Sequence record: NZ_CP064116.1
Strand: one strand, 5' to 3'
Length of the DNA: 64,000 bases
DNA from: a plasmid
Under the pieces are notes generated by a model that worked only from the letters and a program-made list of their open reading frames with translations, searched no databases and was not told the DNA's origin. The stretch's first letter is position 1. The number at the start of each line of letters is the position of its first letter. The position numbers and the translations under genes were made by a program. Below are positions 11,689 to 23,026 of the stretch, one piece after another.

Positions 11689-13085
11689 GGTTCAAAATTT
11701 CCCTGACCACACGCCTGAGCCTGATTTTTTCTGCAGTGATGCTTACGGTATGGTGGTTATCAAGTTTTATCCTGATTAGCACCCTTAATGGCTATTTCGA
11801 TAATCAGGATCGCGATTTTCTGACTGGTAAACTTCAGCTCACCGAAGAGTTTCTTAAAACAGAGACGTTCAGGAACAAAACGGATATTAAGTCATTATCA
11901 GAAAAAATAAACGATGCGATGGTGGGGCACAATGGCTTATTCATTTCTATAAAAAATATGGAAAATGAAAAACTGGTGGAACTGTATGCCAAAAATTCTG
12001 TTGTTCCAGCGGTCCTGCTAAATAAGTCGGGGGATATTCTCGACTATATGATCCAGACGGAAGAAAATAACACCGTATACCGCAGTATCTCGCGGCGGGT
12101 TGCCGTGACGCCGGAACAGGGTAAAAGCAAACATTTCATCGTTACGGTTGCCACGGATACCGGGTATCACACCCTGTTTATGGATAAGCTCAGTACCTGG
12201 CTGTTCTGGTTCAATATCGGTCTGGTTTTTATTTCTGTTTTTCTGGGCTGGCTGACCACACGCATTGGTCTGAAACCGTTACGGGAAATGACCAGTCTGG
12301 CTTCCTCCATGACCGTGCACAGCCTGGATCAGCGTCTTAATCCCGATCTGGCTCCGCCGGAAATCTCAGAGACCATGCAGGAATTCAATAACATGTTCGA
12401 TCGCCTGGAGGGTTCATTCCGGAAACTGTCAGATTTCTCGTCTGACATCGCGCATGAGCTGCGCACACCGGTCAGTAATCTGATGATGCAGACGCAGTTT
12501 GCACTGGCTAAGGAAAGGGATGTTTCGCATTACCGCGAAATTTTATTCGCTAACCTGGAAGAACTGAAAAGGTTGTCACGAATGACCAGTGACATGCTTT
12601 TTCTGGCACGTTCAGAGCATGGTCTGCTGCAGCTGGATAAACATGATGTGGATCTGGCCGCCGAACTGAATGAATTACGTGAGTTATTCGAGCCCCTTGC
12701 AGACGAGACAGGAAAGACAATCACGGTTGAAGGTGAAGGGGTTATTGCCGGAGACAGCGACATGCTGCGGCGTGCTTTCAGTAACCTGCTTTCGAATGCA
12801 ATCAAGTATTCTCCCGATAACACCTGTACAGCGATACGCCTTGAGCATGACAGTGACTGTGTGAACGTGATGATTACGAATACGATGTCTGGCCCGGTTC
12901 CCGCTAATCTTGAACGTTTGTTTGACCGGTTCTATCGCGCAGACTCATCACGGGTCCACAACACGGAAGGCGCGGGGCTGGGGTTATCAATAACGAGGTC
13001 AATCATTCATGCTCACGGCGGCGAGCTGTCAGCAGAACAGCAGGGGCGGGAAATTGTGTTCAAAGTGCGCCTGTTAATGGATTAA
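11685..13085 (+). CDS. pcoS: Sensor histidine kinase PcoS
   Basis: Two TM segments, HAMP, an H-box ([11 protein letters not shown]) and an ATPase G-box (GAGLGLS). Confidence 0.85.
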   Translation: MRFKISLTTRLSLIFSAVMLTVWWLSSFILISTLNGYFDNQDRDFLTGKLQLTEEFLKTETFRNKTDIKSLSEKINDAMVGHNGLFISIKNMENEKLVELYAKNSVVPAVLLNKSGDILDYMIQTEENNTVYRSISRRVAVTPEQGKSKHFIVTVATDTGYHTLFMDKLSTWLFWFNIGLVFISVFLGWLTTRIGLKPLREMTSLASSMTVHSLDQRLNPDLAPPEISETMQEFNNMFDRLEGSFRKLSDFSSDIAHELRTPVSNLMMQTQFALAKERDVSHYREILFANLEELKRLSRMTSDMLFLARSEHGLLQLDKHDVDLAAELNELRELFEPLADETGKTITVEGEGVIAGDSDMLRRAFSNLLSNAIKYSPDNTCTAIRLEHDSDCVNVMITNTMSGPVPANLERLFDRFYRADSSRVHNTEGAGLGLSITRSIIHAHGGELSAEQQGREIVFKVRLLMD

Positions 13086-13302
13086 CCCCGTTATTCAGGA
13101 GAAACCTGGAAGGTGACAAAATTGTCATCATCCAGTCACGCGATAAACAGATGCGGTTTTTTATAATCATTCATAAATCAGGAGCAGGGTGATAACGCAA
13201 TCACCTGGTTCCTGGAGTGATGAATAACCCGCCCTGAGATCAAATGCTTTCTCTGTCATAAGCCGTTGATTGTTTGGGGATGTAAACACCGGAGACCCAA
13301 CC

Positions 13303-13737
13303 ATGAAAAAGATCCTTGTATCATTTGTTGCCATTATGGCTGCCGCTTCATCTGCCATGGCTGCAGAGACAATGAACATGCATGACCAGGTAAATAATGC
13401 ACAGGCACCTGCCCACCAGATGCAGTCATCTGCTGAAAAAAGTGCAATTCAGGGAGACAGCATGACAATGATGGATATGAGCAGTCACGATCAGGCCGCA
13501 ATGTCCCATGACATGATGCAAAACAGCAATTCTGCTGCCCACCAGGACATGGCTGAAATGCATAAAAAAATGATGAAAGCTAAACCAGGAGCTACCAACG
13601 AAACAGCAAAGTCATTTTCTGAAATGAGCGAGCATGAGAAGGCCGCAGCTGTGCATGAGAAGGCGAATAATGGTCAGTCTTCCGTTGTTCACCAGCAGCA
13701 GGCTGATAAGCATCGTAGTCAGATCACCCAGAATTAA
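13303..13737 (+). CDS. pcoE: Periplasmic metal-binding protein PcoE
   Basis: Signal peptide MKKILVSFVAIMAAASSAMA followed by repeated M/H-rich motifs. Located after pcoS. Confidence 0.8.
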   Translation: MKKILVSFVAIMAAASSAMAAETMNMHDQVNNAQAPAHQMQSSAEKSAIQGDSMTMMDMSSHDQAAMSHDMMQNSNSAAHQDMAEMHKKMMKAKPGATNETAKSFSEMSEHEKAAAVHEKANNGQSSVVHQQQADKHRSQITQN

Positions 13738-13788
13738 CCCGCAGCTCCACTTGTTAGACCCTCATTTGACGCCGAAGTCACTGGCTTA

Positions 13789-13814
13789 CGCTCCTGATAG
13801 GGAGCGTTTTTTTT
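13789..13814 (+). terminator. rho-independent terminator after pcoE
   Basis: Hairpin cgctcc-tgata-ggagcg followed by T8. Confidence 0.6.
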
Positions 13815-13956
13815 AAACTAAATGAAAGAGTATATCTGTGTATGACTAATCGTAGTCTGCGGTCGGGTATAAAATAAATGAACGACGGACTAAATTTAAC
13901 ATAAGATAGATTGCGCGAACTAAGTATTTAATTTGATTGTTATTTTACACATTCAG

Positions 13957-14253
13957 TTATATCCATGGTTCATGCCGCGCCGTATCCTGAGACTGACTGA
14001 GAATACGTATGATCGTAACCACCGAATGTGATGACACAAAATAGATCATGTGCTGTTCCACCGGCAGCGAGCAGATATCTTCTCCCAGCTCTGCGCGATG
14101 CGTGCCGATGTCATGCATGGCCAGCACATCAAACACTGCGGCTATACGCCCGATATACGCATCCGCCTGAACAACCCCGAACTGTCTGAAGCTGTAGTCC
14201 CAGATAGCCTCCAGATCTTCTTCTGCTTTTGGTGTCAGCTCAATCTCTTTCAT
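13957..14253 (-). CDS. parE: ParE/RelE-family type II toxin
   Basis: ~98-aa ORF overlapping the upstream antitoxin gene by 14 bp. ParE-like length and sequence character. Confidence 0.7.
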   Translation of the reverse strand: MKEIELTPKAEEDLEAIWDYSFRQFGVVQADAYIGRIAAVFDVLAMHDIGTHRAELGEDICSLPVEQHMIYFVSSHSVVTIIRILSQSQDTARHEPWI

Positions 14254-14500
14254 TTGCCATCCTGGCCCTGACATTATTCAGGAATGCATCCTTGTTCCAT
14301 GGTTTCGCCTCGCCGCTGCTGATGCCTTCGGCCAGCAGATCACGCAGTTCCTGAAGGCGTGATTCAGCTTGCTTCTCGCGCAGCAGCCGCAGCGCGTCAC
14401 GCATGACTTCGCTCTGGGTTCGGTAATCACCGGCCTTAACCAGGGAATCGATAAATTCACGCAGCTCATCACCCACGTCCACCGTCATTGTACGGGCCAT
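14240..14500 (-). CDS. parD: ParD-family antitoxin (ribbon-helix-helix)
   Basis: 86-aa ORF (MARTMTVDVGDELREFIDSLVKAGDYRTQSEVMRDALRLLRE…) typical of ParD/CC2985-type antitoxins. First gene of the pair. Confidence 0.7.
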   Translation of the reverse strand: MARTMTVDVGDELREFIDSLVKAGDYRTQSEVMRDALRLLREKQAESRLQELRDLLAEGISSGEAKPWNKDAFLNNVRARMANERD

Positions 14501-14671
14501 AACCCCTCCGTTTCATTATGTAAGATTTGTTCTTACATAAGTATATCATTTTAGCATCAGGCTTCCATGGTCAGTGATCGAGACTATGGGCTGCATTTAT
14601 GAGATCAACAGGGATGCGAAATCAGATAGATATCTAATAGAATGCTGAGTTGTAGCCTTAAGCGAGAACTG

Positions 14672-15166
14672 GAAATGAAATTAACAGAAAATCGGGTGGA
14701 TACACTCATCGATACCCTGAACGACCTGATCTGTGATGAGCAAAGTATTACTCGCGAACAGCGAGAAAATTTAATTAAAACGGTTGCCACATTGGGTGGG
14801 CTTAAGGAGCGACTACGACTCATTTCTGCGGAGAAAGAAGCCAGACAGATCGCCAAAAACGAGAAGGTAAAGAAACCGCGCGAACCGGACCTGGTGTTTC
14901 CCCGTACTGGAAAGCCGTGGCTATCAGAGGACCTCGATGTTATCCATTCCATTATCGACGATATACCTGATGACAGAATTGATGATCACATCCTGTGGCT
15001 TTCAAAACAGCAAGGGCGCACTCCCTATGCTGTCGCACTGAAGATTGTTGGTGTAGGTAGAATGGATGATGAGTGGGCGAAAGCCTGGAAACCCGCGGCA
15101 AAATCGCTTCGAGAAGATTATGCAAAGCTTCATCCTGCTCCCTCTTCGGATATCAGCCAGGAATAA
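14672..15166 (+). CDS. Hypothetical protein (acidic, no recognised domain)
   Basis: ORF 14642-15166. The likely start is MKLTENRV at 14672. Confidence 0.4.
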   Translation, partial: EMKLTENRVDTLIDTLNDLICDEQSITREQRENLIKTVATLGGLKERLRLISAEKEARQIAKNEKVKKPREPDLVFPRTGKPWLSEDLDVIHSIIDDIPDDRIDDHILWLSKQQGRTPYAVALKIVGVGRMDDEWAKAWKPAAKSLREDYAKLHPAPSSDISQE

Positions 15167-15532
15167 TAGGTTTAGGTTGAGATGTATATGAAGTTATTTT
15201 GCAGCAGCATGTTTTATAATTATAAAAAACTGCTCCTGCAAACTATGGTAAAATAATAAACAATTACACTCCTTAATCTAAATATATCAATATTTTTGCC
15301 GATATATATAGTAAGTAAGGGAGTGTCATGAACGATTTTCATATTTTAAGTATCTGTATTCAGAATAAGGATGTGGCAGGCGCAATGCGCGTGCTGCGTG
15401 ATAAATCAGAATTTGCGGTGCGCAAGATTCTGGAGAAACTCAGAGTCAGGATCACAACGCAAACCGGCAGGGCATTCTGGCATTATGTTCAGGGCTGGCT
15501 GTTAACCGCGTGTCGCCAGGGGAATATACAGC

Positions 15533-16303
15533 ATGAATCATTCATTACCCGACGTTCTTCCCACTATCCGGAACGCCAGCCAGCTCAGTCCCGCTGCACT
15601 CGATATGGTCAAACTTCTCGCACTTCTGGCCATGATTATCGACCACACCAATACGGTGTTTCTGTCGTCAGCCTTGCCGGTGATGTATGCGCTTGGCCGG
15701 ATGGCCTTCCCCCTGTTCACGCTTATATGGGCGATGAACGTACAGCGCACCCCGGAGCGACTGCAGAAGAGAGCCAATCGTCTGTGGATCTGGGCAGTCA
15801 TAACGCAGCCGGTGTTCAGCCTGGCCTTCCAGAATCAACAGCCCTGGTGGGCCCTGAACATTCTGTTCGTGTTTGCAGGCGTCACGCAGCTGCTTGCCCT
15901 GCAGTACCGGCACGGCCGGAAAGGAATGCTTGCCGGGTATCTGCTCCTGGCCCTTATGATTTGGCCCCTGCAGCCGGCAAGTTACGGACTGGCAGGAATA
16001 ACGCTGGCCATCAGTATGGCAACGGTTTCTGGCAGCGATACACCCGGAGTGCAGCGGCTGGCAGCCATCACTGCCGTGCTGTCACTGATTTGTTTAAACG
16101 GGTTATCGCATCTCCTGGATATGCCCGCAGAAACATTATTACTGGCCACGCTGCCTACTCTGGCATTCCCCCTGGCAGTGGTTTCATTCTGCAGGCAAAT
16201 ATGTCCGGAGGGCCGTAGGCGTTTCATGCCGCGTAATTTCTTTTATTATGCTTACGCCGGCCACCTGGGGATCATTGGTCTGGTACAGACTACTTTTGGC
16301 TGA
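15533..16303 (+). CDS. traX: TraX-family protein (F-pilin acetylase-like membrane protein)
   Basis: 256-aa polytopic ORF whose N-terminus (…LDMVKLLALLAMIIDHTN…) matches the TraX family pattern. Confidence 0.75.
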   Translation: MNHSLPDVLPTIRNASQLSPAALDMVKLLALLAMIIDHTNTVFLSSALPVMYALGRMAFPLFTLIWAMNVQRTPERLQKRANRLWIWAVITQPVFSLAFQNQQPWWALNILFVFAGVTQLLALQYRHGRKGMLAGYLLLALMIWPLQPASYGLAGITLAISMATVSGSDTPGVQRLAAITAVLSLICLNGLSHLLDMPAETLLLATLPTLAFPLAVVSFCRQICPEGRRRFMPRNFFYYAYAGHLGIIGLVQTTFG

Positions 16304-16314
16304 CTTAGGATGAC

Positions 16315-16656
16315 GTGATGGCTATCAGTGAGAAAGAGCTTCTTGAGGCAGGTTTCAGTAACCGTGATGTGGATACTTTACTGGAGCGGCTTTCAGCAAC
16401 CGGTGGCACTATGCAGGGCTTCATTGCAGCACTTTCACGACGCTTCCGGGTATCGGTATGGATCACGGTCGCGCTCGCTCTGATTATGCTGGTCATTCTC
16501 ATCGCCGGCAGCCGGACACATATCCTGTCTGGCGGCATGAGTTCCCTCGTTGTCCTGACCATTGCCTGGTTGACCTTTCCACCGGCTCTTGGCTGGAAAG
16601 CATTCCGCCTGCAGAAGAATGCCCGGGGCAGGTTTCAGCAAAGTGATAGCCCGTAA
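16315..16656 (+). CDS. Small 2-TM membrane protein, paralog A
   Basis: 113-aa ORF with a soluble N-terminal helix (GFSNRDVDTLLERLSA) and two TM helices. Clearly paralogous to ORF 16739-17068. Confidence 0.5.
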   Translation: MMAISEKELLEAGFSNRDVDTLLERLSATGGTMQGFIAALSRRFRVSVWITVALALIMLVILIAGSRTHILSGGMSSLVVLTIAWLTFPPALGWKAFRLQKNARGRFQQSDSP

Positions 16657-16738
16657 CCACCTGACAGATTATCGGTCGGGCTTAACTGGTTATTGGCGCA
16701 GGGCATGTTAAACTTCCCGCAGGGAAAAGGAGAGAAGC

Positions 16739-17068
16739 ATGAACCATGAAAGTGATCTGATGAACCACGGCTTCAGTGAAGAGGACATTGTCCGGCTGCG
16801 GGCCAGTTCAGCTAAGACGGGTACGGAGATGGATACCCTGCTGAACGATCTGGCAAACCGTTTTAAGGCCCTGATATGGGTGTTGTCAGTCATGTTACTG
16901 ATTTTTGTGGCCACACTTTTGGCTGGCTCGAGGATGCATACCATTTCCTTCGGCGTGGCTATTCTTGTTCTTGGCACTCTGTTTACGATTACCATGCCTT
17001 TGAAGCTGGCCTATAAATCATGGCATTACCGCCGGAAAAATCTCATTTCCCGGAGTCATCAGAAGTGA
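16739..17068 (+). CDS. Small 2-TM membrane protein, paralog B
   Basis: 109-aa ORF with the same architecture as paralog A (GFSEEDIVRLRAS…, LLAGSRMHTISFG vs LIAGSRTHILSGG). Confidence 0.5.
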   Translation: MNHESDLMNHGFSEEDIVRLRASSAKTGTEMDTLLNDLANRFKALIWVLSVMLLIFVATLLAGSRMHTISFGVAILVLGTLFTITMPLKLAYKSWHYRRKNLISRSHQK

Positions 17069-17858
17069 TCAGATCGAAAACAACCTTAGCCTTTACCCCC
17101 CATCCCACAATTTTCATTGTCAGTTTACCCCGGGACATGGTGTCGATTTTCCGGTAAAAATCGGTGCTGATATAGTTAAACAGACGCCATGTCCCAGGTC
17201 TGGCCATTAATCCATAGACACTGTAGATATTGCCTGCAAGCGCGATCCCGTTGTATATCCCTAACCCTGTTGATCGTTCAAATCCCATGAATTTAGCGAT
17301 GTTCATGGCACCATCACCAAACATACCCTGCGTGTCAGGTTCATTCAGGAACTGACGACCAACTTCACGGGTTATCGTGTTGGCCGAGTCGACAATCAGA
17401 ATAGCCCCGGCAAGAACGCCTACGGGGGTCATTGAGGAAGTCAGCACGAAGCCAAATACGCCCTGCATACCTGCCAGCACCACTTTAATTCCTGAGATGA
17501 CATAACCGACCATCCGGTCTTCATCCCTGACGTATTTGATCTGGGCATATAGTTTCGCATAACCGGTCTGGAGCTGCCGGCTCTGCTCAAGCAGACTGCT
17601 GTTTTCTGCCTGCAGGTTACGCAGGCAGGTCATGCACTCTTCGTCAGACTTTGCCCGCCGGGCACGCTCAAATTCGCCATTAATGACAGATTTAATTTCA
17701 TCGATGAATTTGAGACGCGTCAATCCATCCCCCAGATGTCGGGCGCCAACAATATTAGCGGTATTGACGAGTTTGCGGGCCTCCAGATTAATCATGGTTT
17801 CTGCCCAGAGTCGTGCCTGGCTTTTGTTTCCCGGAAGAATTATATCCATTTTACTCAT
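17043..17858 (-). CDS. DUF4225-like membrane-associated protein of unknown function
   Basis: 271-aa ORF convergent with the paralog pair, overlapping it by 26 bp at the 3' end. N-terminal coiled coil plus a Gly-rich hydrophobic segment. Confidence 0.5.
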   Translation of the reverse strand: MSKMDIILPGNKSQARLWAETMINLEARKLVNTANIVGARHLGDGLTRLKFIDEIKSVINGEFERARRAKSDEECMTCLRNLQAENSSLLEQSRQLQTGYAKLYAQIKYVRDEDRMVGYVISGIKVVLAGMQGVFGFVLTSSMTPVGVLAGAILIVDSANTITREVGRQFLNEPDTQGMFGDGAMNIAKFMGFERSTGLGIYNGIALAGNIYSVYGLMARPGTWRLFNYISTDFYRKIDTMSRGKLTMKIVGWGVKAKVVFDLITSDDSGK

Positions 17859-18269
17859 CCTGATTGAAAATCACCCGTTAAAGCTTATCGCGCTCCCGGA
17901 TTTAGGCAACCCTGCTTTAAAGGGTAAAATAATAGTCTGATGCTGTCAGTAAACCTTCGCCCATGATGGCCAGCCTGTGTAGTCCAGGGTTCATGGAACA
18001 TGTATGCCGCGAAGCGGCATGGAGACGCCAGCCGGAGCTGAACCGGGTGATTCTGGTGAGGGGCGTCGTAACCGGCATCAGCCGTTACGGATTGATAGGT
18101 TCTGCCAATCCCATCCCTTTCCCTGCAAAGCTATACCCGCTTAAAGCTTTCCGATTGCTAATGTGCGCGGTCGGAGTGAGTCCGTCAAGGCCGATGGCCG
18201 CTGACGGGCTGTATCTCCGCGTTAGCGCCGTCAGGCGCTTACGAGCGTGTATGAAGTGATTACCGCGAC

Positions 18270-18500
18270 TTAACTACAGCTACTCTTGATACTAGTTACA
18301 ACATCCCTCTTAAAGCGAGGGTGTTCCGGCCCTTTGGGCCGGGGCGGCGTCGGTTTAGCAGGGGTTAGGTATGTATGCGGTGCCGGGTTCTGGCCAGAAA
18401 GGGGCCCGGCGCTTGCGACGGGAGGTACTTTTGATTTTGTTCTGAGCGCGAGGCCGTGAGGCCGCTGCATGCGAAGGCATTTTTCGTTATCCACAGAGTG
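18270..18500. other. GC-rich hairpin cluster downstream of the IncFII-type repA (candidate oriR region)
   Basis: Nested inverted repeats (ccggccctttgggccgg, gccgctgacgg…ccgtcaggcgc) in otherwise non-coding DNA just beyond the repA stop. Confidence 0.3.
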
Positions 18501-18799
18501 ACTGCAGACAAAGATCTACTCTGGAATGAAATGAACAGAGAGATAAAAACGGTGAAGTAAGACTGTTTTGCGGAATGTCTTTTATTCGTTTCCGGGTTAC
18601 TTCACTTATTCGTTTGCGGATTTCTGTGTAAAAAAAAGAGACAGTGGCCACTGGGGGCCATAACGACAAGCAGAACGTCATGGTGACCGGAAGGAGAACG
18701 GAGTGAAGGTTGAAAAATGAGCAGAGTGGCCGAAAAAAACCAGCACGAAAAGCCCCGGTGAGGGGCCCGTAAACAAGAAGACTGTTGTGTCGTCTGTGA

Positions 18800-19813
18800 C
18801 TAGTCCGGGGGAGAAAGCGCCAGATCCAGCTGGTAAAGATGCTGGATGGCCAGAGCCTTCAGGCGCTCAGATGTGCACCAGTACGCTTCGTCAGGCGGGA
18901 GGGTGCGGTAAATCCATTCAGACATTGCATGGAGTCGTTCATCTGCCGGCAGCTTAATCAGATTGTTGGCACGTTTACGCTCCGCGCCTTTATTGCGGCG
19001 GTAAACGAGTGCCTCCCGACGCTTACGGCCAGACCAGCATTTCCGCGCAGAGTGGGCCTGAACATCATCATGTTCGCTCATCACTCCTTCCCGGATCAGC
19101 TGCTCACGCTCGGCGCTCTGACGGAGCTTCTTCTCCTGCTCTTTAAACAGCTTGTCCATATCGACGCCCAGCATCTGGAATCCCACGGGGGTTATATAGA
19201 CATACGTTGGCAACCAGGTGCGGGATTCACGATCCCAGGCGCGTTCTTCTGCGAGGCCCAGAACGCCAAACCGTACCTGTTCCTCAATAAGCCGTGAAAG
19301 GCGTGACACCGTCACCTCCGTTTCAGGAATGACATTGCCTTTTGCGTCCTTTGCACTGAGTTCTTTTGCAAGACGGGAGATACACATGCCGACGGTATGC
19401 TTGCCGGCATCACAGAAGCTGATGAGCACTGGCCAGAGCGCATCGAGCAGGCGCTGACGTTCCGGACGGAAGCCATATTTACGTCCCGCCTTACGGCGGC
19501 CGGCGACATAGAGAGGGTGACGAGAAACATGCATGCGCAGGCTGACCTGCCCGGTTTCTTTGTCTTTTTTCACCAGGCGATTGTAGGCATGACCGAGCTG
19601 TCCGGAGAGCTTTTTATAATGCTCCGGGCGATACCAGGCCGGGTTCTCACATTTGGCTTTTGTGGAATGCTCACCGCGTTTGCGGCGGGTCAGTTTTTTG
19701 ACCGGTGCAATGAGGAAATTACCCTGAGTGCCGGCATCGACATCCTGGCAGAAACGGGTTAGCTCATCTTTCGGTAGATCTGACCAGTGAACAGAAATCT
19801 GATTGTCATTCAC
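18800..19813 (-). CDS. repA: IncFII-family replication initiator RepA (RepA1-like)
   Basis: 337-aa ORF whose central and C-terminal parts align with IncFII RepA1 (…RPERQRLLDALWPVLISFCDAG…TPVGFQMLGVDMDKL…). Confidence 0.8.
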   Translation of the reverse strand: MNDNQISVHWSDLPKDELTRFCQDVDAGTQGNFLIAPVKKLTRRKRGEHSTKAKCENPAWYRPEHYKKLSGQLGHAYNRLVKKDKETGQVSLRMHVSRHPLYVAGRRKAGRKYGFRPERQRLLDALWPVLISFCDAGKHTVGMCISRLAKELSAKDAKGNVIPETEVTVSRLSRLIEEQVRFGVLGLAEERAWDRESRTWLPTYVYITPVGFQMLGVDMDKLFKEQEKKLRQSAEREQLIREGVMSEHDDVQAHSARKCWSGRKRREALVYRRNKGAERKRANNLIKLPADERLHAMSEWIYRTLPPDEAYWCTSERLKALAIQHLYQLDLALSPPD

Positions 19814-20394
19814 GGCGGCCTGTTCTTATGGCGGCCGGGTGTTGTGTTATGTGGTGCATGCGTTATAATCCTTCACAGGCCACGCGCCTGCTTTTGGACC
19901 CCCTGATATCTGTGTCTTCCGCCAAGATGATGACAGATGTCGGGGGGGTTGTGCATTCAGGCTCCGGGAAATCCCGTTACCTGCTCCTGAACGTTTTACT
20001 GGACACGTCCTGTCCCTGTCTGTTTCCGGAAGTCCGCATTTCTTCCGTAAAACCATCTTTTGCCACCCGCCTGCCTCACCACAAAGCAGTCAAACCGTCA
20101 GTTTGAGTTAGGACACAAAAGTAATCTGAATCAACAATCTGTCCCACCACAAGACGATCGCTGACGATCCGAATACTACCTTCTCATCAGTAACTTTTCC
20201 AGATGTTAGACCAGATAACAATCCATAGTTTTCATGCTAATTGTCCGGATGAGACTGCTAGCAAGCATCGCACGCAGTAAATTCAGGGCGTTGGGTTTGA
20301 TTTGGTAGGCCAGAGCAAGGAAAATAATTTAGAGGAAGAGCTTTACCTAATAGTTGCAAGTTGACTCTTTCGTATGTTCACTGCACTTAAAAAA

Positions 20395-20465
20395 CCGTAT
20401 AGCTTTTGCTATACAGAATCCATATGGTATGCTTGTAAAGCAATCGCTATACAAGGAGCGCACTC
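20395..20465 (+). promoter_or_regulatory. Palindromic operator/promoter region of the tacAT-like operon
   Basis: Repeated tatagc/gctata half-sites (accgtatagcttttgctatacag, caatcgctataca) immediately upstream of the antitoxin start. Confidence 0.35.
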
Positions 20466-21205
<740 letters not shown>

Positions 21206-21571
21206 GGTTTGAGGAAGAAAGGGGCTTGTTCGATATTTAAGATATTGATTTATAATGACTTTACCATTGAATTTAACATAATCTTTGTTATGCGAAGTTA
21301 TTGATTTATAAGGGTAAGTTGCTCATTTTTACATGAAATACGCACTAATGAATGCGTTTTGAGTGATTGCAGGAAGGCACCTAAAACCTAATAAAATAGC
21401 CCAGCCATAAGGCTCAGGCACACGTCCAGAACATAAATCCCGGTCGCAGACCCTGGTTTGTTTGAGGCAAGTTCAAAGCGGTAGAATCGACCATCAGTGC
21501 TACAAAGAACTGGGTACACTAAAATTTAAGAGCAATGAATCCGGCCATTGTTAATCTAAGTGCCAGTATGA

Positions 21572-22390
21572 TTAAAATTTACTCGCATGGATAACATCCA
21601 TTATAAATACAACTAAAGTATGAGATGCATTAACTGCGAGTCTAGCTTCGGCAACTACTATCTGCGGAGGGTTTTGACCACGCCCATGAGCACTCCCTAT
21701 ATGTGACCGGAATGCGCCAATACCGTCGATTAGTGATGAAATTCCTTTTAAAATTTTGTGCTGGTCACCCGCTAAAGTGGGATCGGAATTAAGGTCCAAG
21801 TCTGGCTGTACGACAGCCCAAAGTGGTGCTACATTCAATTTTTGTGGCATAGGTAAATTGAATTTTTCTATGTAGCATTTTAATGCAGATTCAATTATAG
21901 CGCATGCGGCAGTGACTGATGCATGTGGATCGGTTTGAATATTCTCCACTGCACGAAGAAACTCATTTTCAATGGATGAATAGTCACCAGACTTTAGATA
22001 ATCCTCTAACGTCTTAGAAATCGGAGTAGACCCAGACTTAGTTATAAATCCATTGAGTCTGTAGACTAATTGGTTCTTGGATAAAGCATCAATTATTCTT
22101 TTTTGTCCACTTTCGACTGTAGACCCAGCTCCTGCCCTAGAGAATGAATTTGGAGGTAAATCCATATATTTTTGGATAATTATCCCCAGTACTGAAATTG
22201 CATCTACTGAGTCATCTTCATTGCAAGCTTTAAGCCAATTGCTGCATTTTGTTTCACAGTTTCCTGGAGGCACCTCACCAGGTGCGCCCGATTCCATAAA
22301 CAGTGAATTTAAAGTTGAATGGCTAAAATAATGCTCACCCAGTACTGAAGACACCGCGCCAATTACATTGTTAGGTATTTTATTATTCAT
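21572..22390 (-). CDS. Abortive-infection-like protein (Abi_C-type C-terminal domain)
   Basis: 272-aa ORF in an AT-rich islet. The C-terminal motif AFRSHIGSAHGRG resembles the conserved R-x-x-x-G-x-AHG motif of the Abi_C family. Confidence 0.5.
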   Translation of the reverse strand: MNNKIPNNVIGAVSSVLGEHYFSHSTLNSLFMESGAPGEVPPGNCETKCSNWLKACNEDDSVDAISVLGIIIQKYMDLPPNSFSRAGAGSTVESGQKRIIDALSKNQLVYRLNGFITKSGSTPISKTLEDYLKSGDYSSIENEFLRAVENIQTDPHASVTAACAIIESALKCYIEKFNLPMPQKLNVAPLWAVVQPDLDLNSDPTLAGDQHKILKGISSLIDGIGAFRSHIGSAHGRGQNPPQIVVAEARLAVNASHTLVVFIMDVIHASKF

Positions 22391-23026
22391 TCTTTCCTAC
22401 GGGATTATTCTATTGTTAATTTCAATTAATTATTATAACCGAAAAATGAGGTACGATAAATACCTGGTTTTTACATAACCAACATTGGCAAGCTGTTCCT
22501 GATAATTAACGCTCTGGACAAGTCCGATTGTCAGGTGGGGTTTGAGTGCCTGGGCAGTCATATGACCGCCCAGGATTTGTTTAGAGATAGCCGAGGTACT
22601 TCGTAACAAGAGTCAAAAGACCAGTAATGGACACAATGACCGCCGCTACATCCACTTTTATCTCAATTTTCAGATCGATATTCATCGCTTATGCTCTGAT
22701 ATGATCTGGGGCCCCAGACACGTAATATCTGGCGTATTTATACTGCCGCAGCCTTGGACAGTTCGTGGTTTACATAACCGGTATTGTTCCCACGTTCCGA
22801 GTTTCCTGAAACGCTCTTTAACCCTCACCATCAGCCCTGCCAATGATAAGTTTGCCCACAGGGCAGTCTCCGAACGTCTTTTCGACCCATCAGCAACTTA
22901 TGCCTAAGTCACCGGAGGCGTGCGAGCCACACATTGAACATTACAGATCTATTAGCAGCTTGTCACCGGGTGAAGATGTAAAGGTTTTGTATTAATTCGA
23001 AGAAGAGGTTTTGATCATGAAAAGAT

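Noticed and set aside
17963-18259. 98-aa + ORF between the DUF4225 gene and repA
   Set aside because: No RBS, and Cys/Arg-rich. It lies in the presumed non-coding oriR-proximal region.
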